From positions 101,618,001 through 101,682,000 of the forward strand of contig OZ024746.1 of the NCBI GenBank assembly GCA_964016885.1: a stretch of DNA of 64,000 bases. Direction: 5' to 3'. Under the pieces are notes generated by a model that saw only the letters and a program-made list of their open reading frames with translations, was not told the origin of the DNA and made no database searches. A program made the translations under genes and the position numbers. This document shows, one piece after another, positions 26,411 through 40,860 of the stretch (positions are counted from its first letter, which is position 1; the number at the start of each line of letters is the position of its first letter). Source of the stretch: Eledone cirrhosa (lineage: Eukaryota).

Positions 26411-27489
26411 TAAACACATAGATATTTATTACATATACATCCACATGCAAACACACGCACATTTAACTGCATGTATTTAAAATGCTTTCCGTAATTTATG
26501 TAAAATGTAAATAATAAAATATGATTTATTTTATGTGTATAATTATGTATATTTTACACAGACACTCACACATACACACTCACACAGACATACTCATACA
26601 CACACCAACATAGTCACACACATCAGCATTACTTTACATCTATATTATGCAGTGGTGACTGAATCATAAAATGGTCTGAAAATGAAAAAATGTGTAAAGT
26701 CTTCTAGTAATGTAGATAACAAATATAAAATGGAGAATAATTTAGTATTAGATAAGAGTAGTAGCAGTATGTTTTACTGTCTATAGACTAACAACAAACA
26801 GCTGACACCAACCTTCCACAAGGAAGCAGTCGAAAAATCCCCTAAATTTCATCCAACTTGTAATTAGTGCTTGCTCTGTATTCTTTCCTTGTTTGGTGTT
26901 TTGGGGGGACATGCTTCATCTCTGTCATCAATGTATGGAGAAAAAAAACTCCACCAAAAATGGTCTCCCACTAAGAAATGAAACGAGAGGAGTGCATCCG
27001 TGACATATGGGGATAGAGAGGTTGTTGATGCCGAAAAAGATATTTGCAACAAGCTAGAAGAATGACTACTAGCTGCAATACTGCTAGTTGTGGTGGAAAC
27101 TGCAGCAGACACAGCAGCAGTGACAGCATTAGTAGAGGTGGTGATGGTGGCAGCAACAGAAGCAACAGCAGCAGAAGAAGATGAAGAAGAAAGTGAAAGC
27201 AAAAAAAGAGGCAGATGCCTCCATTTCTAAGGGAAAACTGTCATCTCTCTTTCTCTAATGAAGGCAGTAGAAGATTTGATGGATTCTCCAAAGATAGTCT
27301 ACCTCCTCCCTGGTGCCTATACAATCAATGTTTAAATAAGCCTTACTACTAACAGACAAACCAGCCTTTCTCCTCTGCCCAATATTGAATACTTTTTAGA
27401 AGGAAGGAAATATTTTATTTCATTATTTTAGTTCACTCTCCTCACAACAACCATTCAATCTTACTATATTTCATCTCCCTACTCACCAC

Positions 27490-27750
27490 CATCGGCGCTT
27501 AGCTGGCCAGCTGCAGGTGTGAGCCACACGAGATGGAATGGCTCTTCCAGCCCGTCTCCCTTACCATCCTCCAGGGAAATGCCTTCTCCATTCTGTCCAC
27601 CGGGGCCGTGGGGCGGCCAGCATGTGGGATCCCTATTTGCTCACTATACAGAGAGATGGGGAGGACGAGAGAGATGGAGGCGATGACAGTGGCAGTTTGG
27701 CTCTTCGTGTTCGGACCATGTCCTTGTGGTTGTGTTTATTATCTATATAG
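27490..27750 (+). mobile_element. 3' end of a CRE-clade (restriction-like endonuclease) non-LTR element
   Basis: GC-rich island encoding EMEWLFQPVSLTILQGNAFSIL, which matches the C-terminal 'LFQRLSxAxQRGNA' signature of CRE-like elements. Confidence 0.6.
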
Positions 27751-28045
27751 AAAATTATTTATTTCCTTCCAGTTGGTGATGGAACATTGGTTTCAGAGAT
27801 TCAAAACTGTGTAGACAAACACTGAAAATATTGAGCTATTAACGACACCGAAATGATGACAGGCAAACACCAACCGCACTGGGATTTGTGCAAGGAATCA
27901 AAAGAGCCAAAAGAAATACTTTAAATCAATTTACCCATGATCTACCGATTCTACTAATCCACATTTCTGAAGGAGTTCACTCTCCTCACAACAACTATAG
28001 CAAGGAAGTTAAAAACAAACAAAACAAATTGTTCTTCTTTGATTT

Positions 28046-28322
28046 AATAATAATAATAATGAAATTATTGTGTACAGTGCTCAGGTGCACTACAACTCAT
28101 CAAAGGTGCATGTATAGTACATAGAATAATGTACAAATGTCAGGAAAATGAACAGTGTATGGGTCATGAAATACATGTGTGCATGTGTATGGAGGTGGGG
28201 GACATCAGGTGTAGTGTTGGCGAATCTCAGGAAGCATGGAGGTTTTAAAGGATGCAGTGTCTCAACAGCTAACAACTGATGCAGGTAGTTTGTTCCAAGC
28301 TTCAGCAACTCTGAGCGTGAAA
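28046..28322 (-). mobile_element. CR1/L2-group LINE 3' end with (TTA)n tail
   Basis: Minus strand FTLRVAEAWNKLPASVVS...SFKT, then a UTR ending in TTATTATTA. Confidence 0.8.
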
Positions 28323-28658
28323 AGAATGGACTTCTAATGGCATATTGATGATAGAGATTCTTTCAGACTTGTGGCAAACTATGCTGACACAGGGCAGTTG
28401 GGTTTCTCAAGGAAGATAAAAGCATTGTTGGAGACATCCCAGACTTAGTACAAATATACAACTGGAATGGTACTTTACATGGTAGGATTATGTGGGGCTA
28501 TCTGATATGAGATTTGAAAGACTTGCAAATACTGTTGAGACATTTGCCAACTATGTGACAGATACCAATTAGATTTCTGAAATGAAGGGTCAGCAATATG
28601 ATATCTAAAGATATTTGATAGATGAGCAGATAGAGGATCAGAGACCCCCAATTAGACC

Positions 28659-31600
28659 AACATAGGATGGCATAAACATAGGATGGTATCAGATAGGATG
28701 GTATCAGCATAGGATGGTATCAGATAGGATGGCATCAACATAGGATGGTATCAACATAGGATGGTATCAACATAGGATGGTATCAACATAGCATGGTATC
28801 AGATAGGATGGTATCAGATAGGATGGTATCAACATAAGATGGTATCAAATAGGATGGTATCAACATAGGATGGTATCAAATAGGATGGTATCAACATAGC
28901 ATGGTATCAGATAGGATGGTATCAGATAGGATGGTATCAGATAGGATGGTATTAACATAGGATGGTATCAGATAGGATGGTATCAGATAGGATGGTATCA
29001 ACATAGGATGGTATCAACATAGGATGGTATCAGATAGGATGGTATCAACATAGGATGGTATCAGATAGGATGGTATCAACATAGGATGGTATCAGATAGG
29101 ATGGTATCAACATAGGATGGTATCAGATAGGATAGTATCAGATAGGATGGTATCAACATAGGATGGTATCAGATAGGATGGTATCAGATAGGATGGTTTC
29201 AACATAGGATGGTATCAACATAGGATGGTATCAGATAGGATGGTATTAACATAGGATGGTATCAACATAGGATGGTATCAGATAGGATGGTATCAGATAG
29301 GATGGTTTCAACATAGGATGGTATCAGATAGGATGGTATCAACATAGGATGGTATCAGATAGGATGGTATCAGATAGGATGGTATTAACATAGGATGGTA
29401 TCAGCATAGGATGGTATCAGATAGGATGGTATCAGCATAGGATGGTATCAGATAGGATGGTATCAACATAGGATGGTATCAGATAGGATGGTATCAGATA
29501 GGATGGTATTAACATAGGATGGTATCAGCATAGGATGGTATCAGATAGGATGGTATCAGATAGGATGGTATCAACATAGGATGGTATCAGATAGGATGGT
29601 ATCAACATAGGATGGTATCAACATAGGATGGTATCAGATAGGATGGTATCAGCATAGGATGGTATCAGATAGGATGGTATCAGATAGGATGGTATCAGAT
29701 AGGATGGTATCAACATAGGATGGTATCAGATAGGATGGTATCAGATAGGATGGTTTCAACATAGGATGGTATCAACATAGGATGGTATCAGATAGGATGG
29801 TATTAACATAGGATGGTATCAACATAGGATGGTATCAGATAGGATGGTATCAGATAGGATGGTTTCAACATAGGATGGTATCAGATAGGATGGTATCAAC
29901 ATAGGATGGTATCAGATAGGATAGTATCAGATAGGATGGTATCAACATAGGATGGTATCAGATAGGATAGTATCAGATAGGATGGTATCAACATAGGATG
30001 GTATCAGATAGGATGGTATCAACATAGGATGGTATCAGATAGGATAGTATCAGATAGGATGGTATCAACATAGGATGGTATCAGATAGGATGGTTTCAAC
30101 ATAGGATGGTATCAACATAGGATGGTATCAGATAGGATAGTATCAGATAGGATGGTATCTACATAGGATGGTATCAGATAGGATGGTTTCAACATAGGAT
30201 GGTATCAACATAGGATGGTATCAGATAGGATGGTATCAACATAGGATGGTATCAGATAGGATGGTATCAGATAGGATGGTATTAACATAGGATGGTATCA
30301 GATAGGATGGTATCAGATAGGATGGTATCAGCATAGGATGGTATCAGATAGGATGGTATCAACATAGGATGGTATCAGATAGGATGGTATCAGATAGGAT
30401 GGTATTAACATAGGATGGTATCAGCATAGGATGGTATCAGATAGGATGGTATCAGATAGGATGGTATCAACATAGGATGGTATCAGATAGGATGGTATCA
30501 ACATAGGATGGTATCAACATAGGATGGTATCAGATAGGATGGTATCAGCATAGGATGGTATCAGATAGGATGGTATCAGATAGGATGGTATCAACATAGG
30601 ATGGTATCAGATAGGATGGTATTAACATAGGATGGTATCAACATAGGATGGTATCAACATAGGATGGTATCAGCATAGGATGGTATCAGATAGGATGGTA
30701 TCAGATAGGATGGTATCAACATAGGATGGTATCAGATAGTATGGTATCAACATAGGATGGTATCAGATAGGATGGTATCAACATAGGATGGTATCAGATA
30801 GTATGGTATCAACATAGGATGGTATCAGATAGTATGGTATCAACATAGGATGGTATCAACATAGCATGGTATCAGATAGGATGGTATCAACATAGGATGG
30901 TATCAACATAAGATGGTATCAACATAAGATGGTATCAACATAGGATGGTATCAGATAGGATGGTATCAGATAGGATGGTATCAGATAGGATGGTTTCAAC
31001 ATAGGATGGTATCAACATAGGATGGTATCAGATAGGATGGTATCAGATAGGATGGTATCAGATAGGATGGTATCAACATAAGATGGTATCAACATAGCAT
31101 GGTATCAGATAGGATGGTATCAACATAGCATGGTATCAGATAGGATGGTATCAACATAGCATGGTATCAGATAGGATGGTATCAGATAGGATGGTATCAA
31201 CATAAGATGGTATCAAATAGGATGGTATCAACATAGGATGGTATCAAATAGGATGGTATCAACATAGCATGGTATCAGATAGGATGGTATCAGATAGGAT
31301 GGTATCAGATAGGATGGTATTAACATAGGATGGTATCAGATAGGATGGTATCAGATAGGATGGTATCAACATAGGATGGTATCGACATAGGATGGTATCA
31401 GATAGGATGGTATCAACATAGGATGGTATCAGATAGGATGGTATCAACATAGGATGGTATCAGATAGGATGGTATCAACATAGGATGGTATCAGATAGGA
31501 TAGTATCAGATAGGATGGTATCAACATAGGATGGTATCAGATAGGATGGTATCAGATAGGATGGTTTCAACATAGGATGGTATCAACATAGGATGGTATC

Positions 31601-34600
31601 AGATAGGATGGTATTAACATAGGATGGTATCAACATAGGATGGTATCAGATAGGATGGTATCAGATAGGATGGTTTCAACATAGGATGGTATCAGATAGG
31701 ATGGTATCAACATAGGATGGTATCAGATAGGATGGTATCAGATAGGATGGTATTAACATAGGATGGTATCAGCATAGGATGGTATCAGATAGGATGGTAT
31801 CAGCATAGGATGGTATCAGATAGGATGGTATCAACATAGGATGGTATCAGATAGGATGGTATCAGATAGGATGGTATTAACATAGGATGGTATCAGCATA
31901 GGATGGTATCAGATAGGATGGTATCAGATAGGATGGTATCAACATAGGATGGTATCAGATAGGATGGTATCAACATAGGATGGTATCAACATAGGATGGT
32001 ATCAGATAGGATGGTATCAGCATAGGATGGTATCAGATAGGATGGTATCAGATAGGATGGTATCAACATAGGATGGTATCAGATAGGATGGTATCAGATA
32101 GGATGGTTTCAACATAGGATGGTATCAACATAGGATGGTATCAGATAGGATGGTATTAACATAGGATGGTATCAACATAGGATGGTATCAGATAGGATGG
32201 TATCAGATAGGATGGTTTCAACATAGGATGGTATCAGATAGGATGGTATCAACATAGGATGGTATCAGATAGGATAGTATCAGATAGGATGGTATCAACA
32301 TAGGATGGTATCAGATAGGATAGTATCAGATAGGATGGTATCAACATAGGATGGTATCAGATAGGATGGTATCAACATAGGATGGTATCAGATAGGATAG
32401 TATCAGATAGGATGGTATCAACATAGGATGGTATCAGATAGGATGGTTTCAACATAGGATGGTATCAACATAGGATGGTATCAGATAGGATAGTATCAGA
32501 TAGGATGGTATCAACATAGGATGGTATCAGATAGGATGGTTTCAACATAGGATGGTATCAACATAGGATGGTATCAGATAGGATGGTATCAACATAGGAT
32601 GGTATCAGATAGGATGGTATCAGATAGGATGGTATTAACATAGGATGGTATCAGCATAGGATGGTATCAGATAGGATGGTATCAGCATAGGATGGTATCA
32701 GATAGGATGGTATCAACATAGGATGGTATCAGATAGGATGGTATCAGATAGGATGGTATTAACATAGGATGGTATCAGCATAGGATGGTATCAGATAGGA
32801 TGGTATCAGATAGGATGGTATCAACATAGGATGGTATCAGATAGGATGGTATCAACATAGGATGGTATCAACATAGGATGGTATCAGATAGGATGGTATC
32901 AGCATAGGATGGTATCAGATAGGATGGTATCAGATAGGATGGTATCAACATAGGATGGTATCAGATAGGATGGTATTAACATAGGATGGTATCAACATAG
33001 GATGGTATCAGCATAGGATGGTATCAGATAGGATGGTATCAGATAGGATGGTATCAACATAGGATGGTATCAGATAGTATGGTATCAACATAGGATGGTA
33101 TCAGATAGGATGGTATCAACATAGGATGGTATCAGATAGTATGGTATCAACATAGGATGGTATCAGATAGTATGGTATCAACATAGGATGGTATCAACAT
33201 AGCATGGTATCAGATAGGATGGTATCAACATAGGATGGTATCAACATAAGATGGTATCAACATAAGATGGTATCAACATAGGATGGTATCAGATAGGATG
33301 GTATCAGATAGGATGGTATCAGATAGGATGGTTTCAACATAGGATGGTATCAACATAGGATGGTATCAGATAGGATGGTATCAGATAGGATGGTATCAGA
33401 TAGGATGGTATCAACATAAGATGGTATCAACATAGCATGGTATCAGATAGGATGGTATCAACATAGCATGGTATCAGATAGGATGGTATCAACATAGCAT
33501 GGTATAACATAGCATGGTATCAGATAGGATGGTATCAACATAGGATGGTATCAGATAGGATGGTATCAACATAGCATGGTATCAGATAGGATGGTATCAA
33601 CATAAGATGGTATCAACATAGCATGGTATCAGATAGGATGGTATCAACATAGCATGGTATAACATAGCATGGTATCAGATAGGATGGTATCAGCATAGGA
33701 TGGTATCAGATAGGATGGTATCAACATAAGATGGTATCAACATAGCATGGTATCAGATAGGATGGTATCAACATAGCATGGTATCAGATAGCATGGTATC
33801 AGATAGGATGGTATCAACATAGGATGGTATCAGATAGGATGGTATCAGCATAGGATGGTATCAGATAGGATGGTATCAACATAAGATGGTATCAACATAG
33901 CATGGTATCAGATAGGATGGTATCAACATAGCATGGTATAACATAGCATGGTATCAGATAGGATGGTATCAACATAGGATGGTATCAGCATAGGATGGTA
34001 TCACATAGGATGGTATCAACATAAGATGGTATCAACATAGCATGGTATCAGATAGGATGGTATCAGCATAGGATGGTATCAGATAGGATGGTATCAACAT
34101 AAGATGGTATCAACATAGCATGGTATCAGATAGGATGGTATCAGCATAGCATGGTATCAGATAGGATGGTATCAACATAAGATGGTATCAACATAGCATG
34201 GTATCAGATAGGATGGTATCAACATAGCATGGTATAACATAGCATGGTATCAGATAGGATGGTATCAACATAGGATGGTATCAGATAGGATGGTATCAGC
34301 ATAGGATGGTATCAGATAGGATGGTATCAACATAAGATGGTATCAACATAGGATGGTATCAGATAGGATGGTTTCAACATAGCATGGTATCAGATAGGAT
34401 GGTATCAACATAGCATGGTATCAACATAGCATGGTATCAACATAGGATGGTATCAGATAGGATGGTTTCAACATAGCATGGTATCAACATAGCATGGTAT
34501 CAACATAGGATGGTATCAACATAGGATGGTATCAACATAAGATGGTATCAACATAGGATGGTATCAGATAGGATGGTTTCAACATAGCATGGTATCAGAT

Positions 34601-35062
34601 AGGATGGTTTCAACATAGGATGGTATCAACATAGGATGGTATCAACATAAGATGGTATCAACATAAGATGGTATCAACATAGCATGGTATCAGATAGGAT
34701 GGTTTCAACATAGGATGGTATCAACATAGCATGGTATCAACATAGCATGGTATCAAATAGGATGGTATCAACATAGGATGGTATCATATAGGATGGTATC
34801 AACATAGCATGGTATCAGATAGGATGGTTTCAACATAGGATGGTATCAATATAGCATGGTATCAACATAGCATGGTATCAGATAGGATGGTATCAACATA
34901 GCATGGTATCAGATAGGATGGTATCAACATAAGATGGTATCAACATAGCATGGTATCAGATAGGATGGTATCAACATAAGATGGTATAAACATAGCATGG
35001 TATCAACATAGGATGGTATCAACATAAGATGGTATCAACATAAGATGGTATAAACATAGGAT
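28659..35062. repeat. 15/16-bp satellite (ATAGGATGGTATCAG / ATAGGATGGTATCAAC), about 6.4 kb
   Basis: Direct tandem repeat of two interleaved unit lengths. Confidence 0.98.
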
Positions 35063-35389
35063 GTATAGTTAGGAACCTGAATGTATGTCGACAGGAGCAA
35101 ACATTGAGCCAGATAAACCATTGTTGTTGCAGTTTATCAGAAAGAAGGGCAGCCCTGGACAGTGTTATAAAGCAGTGGACCCATGAGTGATTTAGTTCCT
35201 TAAATTTTAGTTCTGACCTTCAGAAGGATAGGAACTGAAGAAAGTTTACAGTAAGAGTGGCCTGTATCACCAATAAATGGGCTGAGGGGAAGCTATCTAT
35301 GAAAGGTCATATTGGCTGTCATATATTATCACCTGACCTTCATGCCTTATCCAAGTTTTTGTCTTCACTTCTTATAAAAGAGGTGAATC

Positions 35390-37090
35390 CCACTTCTAGC
35401 ATACTCTGGACAGAGGGTTCAAGTCCCACTGGTCAGATGGTCCATACACTTCTAGCATACTCTGGACAGAGGGTTCAAGTCCCACTGGTCAGATGGTCCA
35501 TACACTTCTAGCATACTCTGGACAGAGGGTTCAAGTCCTACTGGTCAGATGTCCATACACTTCTAGCATACTCTGGACAGAGGGTTCAAGTCCCACTGGT
35601 CAGATGGTCCATACACTTCTAGCATACTCTGGACAGAGGGTTCAAGTCCTACTGGTCAGATGGTCCATACACTTCTAGCATACTCTGGACAGAGGGTTCA
35701 AGTCCTACTGGTCAGATGGTCCATACACTGCTAACATACTCTGGACAGAGGGTCCAAGTCCCACTGGTCAGATGGTCCATACACTGCTAACATACTCTGG
35801 ACAGAGGGTCCAAGTCCCACTGGTCAGATGGTCCATACACTGCTAACATACTCTGGACAGAGGGTCCAAGTCCCACTGGTCAGATGGTCCATACACTGCT
35901 AACATACTCTGGACAGAGGGTCCAAGTCCCACTGGTCAGATGGTCCATACACTTCTAGCATACTCTGGACAGAGGGTTCAAGTCCCACTGGTCAGATGGT
36001 CCATACACTTCTAGCATACTCTGGACAGAGGGTCCAAGTGCCACTGGTCAGATAGTCCACACACTTCTAGCATACTCTGGACAGAGGCTTCAAGTCCCAC
36101 TGGTCAGATGGTCCATACACTGCTAACATACTCTGGACAGAGGGTCCAAGTCCCACTGGTCAGATGGTCCACACACTTCTAGCATACTCTGGACAGAGGC
36201 TTCAAGTCCCACTGGTCAGATGGTCCATACACTTCTAGCATACTCTGGACAGAGGGTTCAAGTCCCACTGGTCAGATGGTCCATACACTGCTAACATACT
36301 CTGGACAGAGGGTTCAAGTCCCACTGGTCAGATGGTCCACACACTGCTAGCATACTCTGGACAGAGGGTCGAAGTCCCACTGGTCAGATGGTCCACACAC
36401 TTCTAGCATACTCTGGACAGAGGGTCCAAGTCCCACTGTTCAGATGGTCCACACACTGCTAACATACTCTGGACAGAGGGTCCAAGTCCCACTGGTCAGA
36501 TGGTCCACACACTTCTAGCATACTCTGGACAGAGGGTCCAAGTCCCACTGGTCAGATGGTCCACACACTTCTAGCATACTCTGGACAGAGGGTCCAAGTC
36601 CCACTGGTCAGATGGTCCACACACTGCTAACATACTCTGGACAGAGGGTCCAAGTCCCACTGGTCAGATGGTCCACACACTTCTAGCATACTCTGGACAG
36701 AGGGTTCAAGTCCCACTGGTCAGATGGTCCATACACTGCTAGCATACTCTGGACAGAGGGTTCAAGTCCCACTGGTCAGATGGTCCATACACTGCTAACA
36801 TACTCTGGACAGAGGGTTCAAGTCCCACTGGTCAGATGGTCCATACACTGCTAGCATACTCTGGACAGAGGGTCCAAGTCCCACTGGTCAGATGGTCCAC
36901 ACACTTCTAGCATACTCTGGACAGAGGGTTCAAGTCCCACTGGTCAGATGGTCCATACACTTCTAGCATACTCTGGACAGAGGGTTCAAGTCCCACTGGT
37001 CAGATGGTCCATACACTTCTAGCATACTCTGGACAGAGGGTTCAAGTCCTACTGGTCAGATGTCCATACACTTCTAGCATACTCTGGACA
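35390..37090. repeat. 56-bp minisatellite, about 30 copies
   Basis: Unit CACTTCTAGCATACTCTGGACAGAGGGTTCAAGTCCCACTGGTCAGATGGTCCATA. Confidence 0.98.
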
Positions 37091-38020
37091 GCAGGATCAG
37101 TATGTACAGAAACACACTGAGGCTTCAGCAACTTTAGAGATTCCTGAATGTTGAGCAAGTGTGGTCACTATTTGTCAGACACAGTTTCCTATAGCTGGTC
37201 TTTGATGGATCTGTAGACCTGGGTCAAATGATACACCAGAACAGTATGCCTGGCATTTGGAATGTTTACAGGTGCTCACCGCCCTCTCTACCAGTGAAAC
37301 GAATTGTCAAATAAAATTTCCATGTTTGATCTTCTACATAACTAGTCCTCTAAAGAAAACTAGACTTTCTCAGGGAAACCATTCTACATATACTTGTTCA
37401 GTGTCCGAGTATTGTTGATTTGTGGTGTTTTGTTGAACAGCTATTATCACATGTAGGACAGATGCAGTTATCAGTGCTCAGCTAGCATCATTTGGGCAAA
37501 AAGGGCAGCGCTTTTCTGTTTGGTGGATGTGATTGAAAGGACTGAGAAAACATTTTGTTCTTCAGCCAAGTCTTCATAGACTTTTCCAAGTTCCACTTGA
37601 AGAGAAAGGTGTCCAAATGAATGAGACTACTGTTAGCCCCTTGGGAATACAGTAAACAGACAGCATCTACTCATAGTAAGATAATCCTGGATCCATAGGT
37701 TTCTTTGGTTGTTCCTAGGTCATTTGACCTGTCTAGCTTCAGAATGTGAAAACCTGTCCAACCCATGCAAGCATGAAAAATAGATATAAAATGATGATGA
37801 TGATATATATTTTTGAAAAATCAGGTATCAAAGAATATAATAAATAACAAGTGGTGATTCTGATTAAAACTTCACCTGGGATTTAGTTTTAGACTATTAA
37901 TTATTGAGGATTATATGTTGGCAAAGTGGAAAGTAAACAGGATTACAAACAAGAGTAACTTTAACTTTTTCAAAATACAATTAGCTGAACCAGTTCTTTG
38001 TCATTATTTATCACCAAGAG

Positions 38021-38242
38021 GGCAGCAGATTGGCAGCATTGGTAGAGCATCGGACGCCATGCTTTGCAGCATAGAGTTATGGCCCTTTATGATATTAATT
38101 CAAATCCCACCGAGGTTAACTTTACTTTTCCTCCTTATGGGTCGATAAAATAAAGTACCAGTCACGCACTGGGGTCGATTTAATCGATTTTCCCTTCCCC
38201 CAAAATTGTTGGCATTGTGCCTATATAAGAAACCATTATTTA
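38021..38242 (+). mobile_element. tRNA-derived SINE family 2
   Basis: A-box-like TGGCAGCATTGG, B-box-like TTCAAATC, and body GGTCGATAAAATAAAGTACCAGTCACGCACTGGGGTCG shared with three other copies. Confidence 0.82.
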
Positions 38243-39215
38243 TCACCAAGTCAATCTTGACTGATCCATGATGAAAGGTATTCCAACCATGACCACTCCA
38301 TTCACCTAGGGGTATGCTAGATAATACACTGCATCCCTTTATCATTCAAGTCAGTAGGGAGCAATTTGGGAAAGATTTAACTGCTATTCAGGCCAGTTAC
38401 AAGTAGGAGCTAAATTTACAACCAACCTCCTCACACAAAAGAACAAATTAAAAGAGATTCTACATGTTCTCCTTCCCCAGTCAGAGCTGGAATGTTCCTG
38501 ATCAGAGATGAACTGGAACTAAAGAACAGCCACTGGTTAGTATTAAAAACATCTTCTCAATGTTGACATTATCTAGAACCTGGTTCATTTACCTATTTAT
38601 AGAGAAGATATATATTTTCTAATTTCACAATTCTAAAACACAAATGGAATGTACTTAATTAAATCTTCAGAAAATTATCCCAGTTCTGCCTACTATTTAT
38701 TCCAAGTAAATACCTTTACTAATCACTCTTCAAAAGACTAATTAATGAAATAATTGTGCATCAACCACCAAGTTTCTTAGCATATTACTTTTTAAAAATA
38801 GCCTCTTAAAATATTTCTTATTTGGTTTAGTTTCCTCTTCCCTTATTTATTTTCCTTCTGAGAGACAGAAAAAATTATTAACAATCACTTGTCTACAATT
38901 AGCAGCTTAGTTTTATGATTGTTCACCAACAAAACTCTTCTGTAATAACCAAATATTACTGTACAATGTCTGCAAAAGCTATTAAATGCTAAGCTAAAAG
39001 TAAATATCTATTAAACAACTAGTTCAACTAATTCGATTTAAAAAAAAAGTGAAAAGAACTGTCGTTTGCCTATTTATCATCACGAATAAAAGAAATTCCT
39101 ATTGATGCAGGCCTGGCTGTTAAGAGGTTCACTTCCATCTGGTTTCAAGTTCCATTCCAGTAACTGGAACCTTGAGCAAGTCTCTTCTAGAATTTCCTTG
39201 GGCCTATCAACATTT

Positions 39216-39285
<70 letters not shown>

Positions 39286-39528
39286 GCTATGCACGGGGAC
39301 ATGGAAATATTTGGTTTGGTGCCCAAGTGTATGGTTGACCCACCAGGAGTGAGAGACTCCTAATCCTTGTTAGGACACCACTCTGGGGGGGAATAAAATT
39401 CTGGTGTAAACCCTGCAACTCAATGGCAACCAATTATGTTAACCTCTTCTTGTTTTTGGATATCTTTCATCATTGTTCAGAGAATTGAAGGCTTTTCTTC
39501 ACTTAAACAAGCTTCAAAGCATAGACAT

Positions 39529-40125
39529 CACTTGATATAAACATCTTTTACACTTGATATAAACATCTTTTACACTTGATATAAATATCTTTTACACTTG
39601 ATATAAATATCTTTTACACTTGATATAAACATCTTTTACACTTGATATAAACATCTTTTACACTTGATATAAATATCTTTTACACTTGATATAAACATCT
39701 TTTACACTTGATATAAATATCTTTTACACTTGATATAAACATCTTTTACACTTGATATAAACATCTTTTACACTTGATATAAACATCTTTTACACTTGAT
39801 ATAAACATCTTTTACACTTGATATAAACATCTTTTACACTTGATATAAACATCTTTTACACTTGATGTAAACATCTTTTACACTTGATATAAATATCTTT
39901 TACACTTGATATAAACATCTTTTACACTTGATATAAACATCTTTTACACTTGATATAAACATCTTTTACACTTGATATAAATATCTTTTACACTTGATAT
40001 AAACATCTTTTACACTTGATATAAACATCTTTTACACTTGATATAAATATCTTTTACACTTGATATAAACATCTTTTACACTTGATATAAACATCTTTTA
40101 CACTTGATATAAATATCTTTTACAT
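39529..40125. repeat. 22-bp minisatellite (CACTTGATATAAACATCTTTTA), about 27 copies
   Basis: Near-perfect tandem repeat. Confidence 0.98.
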
Positions 40126-40280
40126 TTTGCATGAACAGGGTTGACCATAGCTGAAAAACACTTTTTGTTCTTTCTTTGCAGCATATAGAGAAAGTAAGAA
40201 AGTAATGTAACTCATTGGAGGGGCTAAAAAGGAGAAAAAGATCAAATAATGGCAATTCGCAAAATCAACATGCAGCCATC

Positions 40281-40320
<40 letters not shown>

Positions 40321-40524
40321 AGTTTATGTTGGTTGTATACCAACACCTCAGTATGCAGGCTGGAGCACTCGACGAAGTGTGCAGGTTGGTTTGGTTACTC
40401 CGGAGTAGTATGACTCCAGTTCCCCAGTGAATTAACAACCCAACAAGGAACTGGGCATATCAGAGTATTGACAATATCATACACCTAAACAACATATGTA
40501 CTTGTCTATACCATACTAATTCAA

Positions 40525-40579
40525 ACTGCCTGAAGAGGTCACAGCCAAAGATGGCTGTCACTGAAATATATATAGCAGT
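40525..40579 (+). ncRNA. Minimal type I hammerhead ribozyme (PLE-type)
   Basis: ACTGC-CTGAAGA-GGTCACAGCCA(AAGA)TGGCTGTCACT-GAAA-TATATA-TA-GCAGT: intact core, 5-bp stem I, about 10-bp stem II, palindromic stem III, AATAAA immediately after. Confidence 0.8.
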
Positions 40580-40623
40580 AATAAACGAAGCTAAATTTTA
40601 ATCATTTGACTTTTATTTAACTT

Positions 40624-40679
<56 letters not shown>

Positions 40680-40694
<15 letters not shown>

Positions 40695-40860
40695 TGTAGT
40701 TGTCTGTGTGTGTGTGTCCTCATTTTTGCAAAGTCTATACAAATCCACATTTCTACTCCGATTGACTTCATACTTGCATTTATATATTCCTTGCGGTCTA
40801 AAGATATTAACTGCAGCTTTTATTTTCAATTTTCTGTTGTTAAAGGGGTGTTAGCCGCCG
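40680..40860 (+). mobile_element. Helitron-like 5' end
   Basis: TATATATAAAA...TGTGTGTGTGTCCTCATTTTTGCA. An inverted copy of the same motif lies at 41943-41985. Confidence 0.45.

Larger units (their letters stand above)
28330..37640 (+). mobile_element. Old degenerate Tx1/L1 element interrupted by two tandem arrays
   Basis: 28330-28660 has APE remnants (FRLVANYA, WNG, DRYQLDF). 35070-35390 has DSVIKQWT and SDLQKDRN*RKFTVRVACITNKWAEGKLSMKG. From 37095: MYRNTLRLQQL*RFLNVEQVWSLFVR...WHLECLQVLTAL. All are collinear with the Tx1 ORF2 copies at 16567-17526 and 41428-41940. Confidence 0.8.

Noticed and set aside
38450-38600. Possible minus-strand exon in unique sequence
   Set aside because: All frames after the acceptor-like site stop quickly and show no recognisable similarity.
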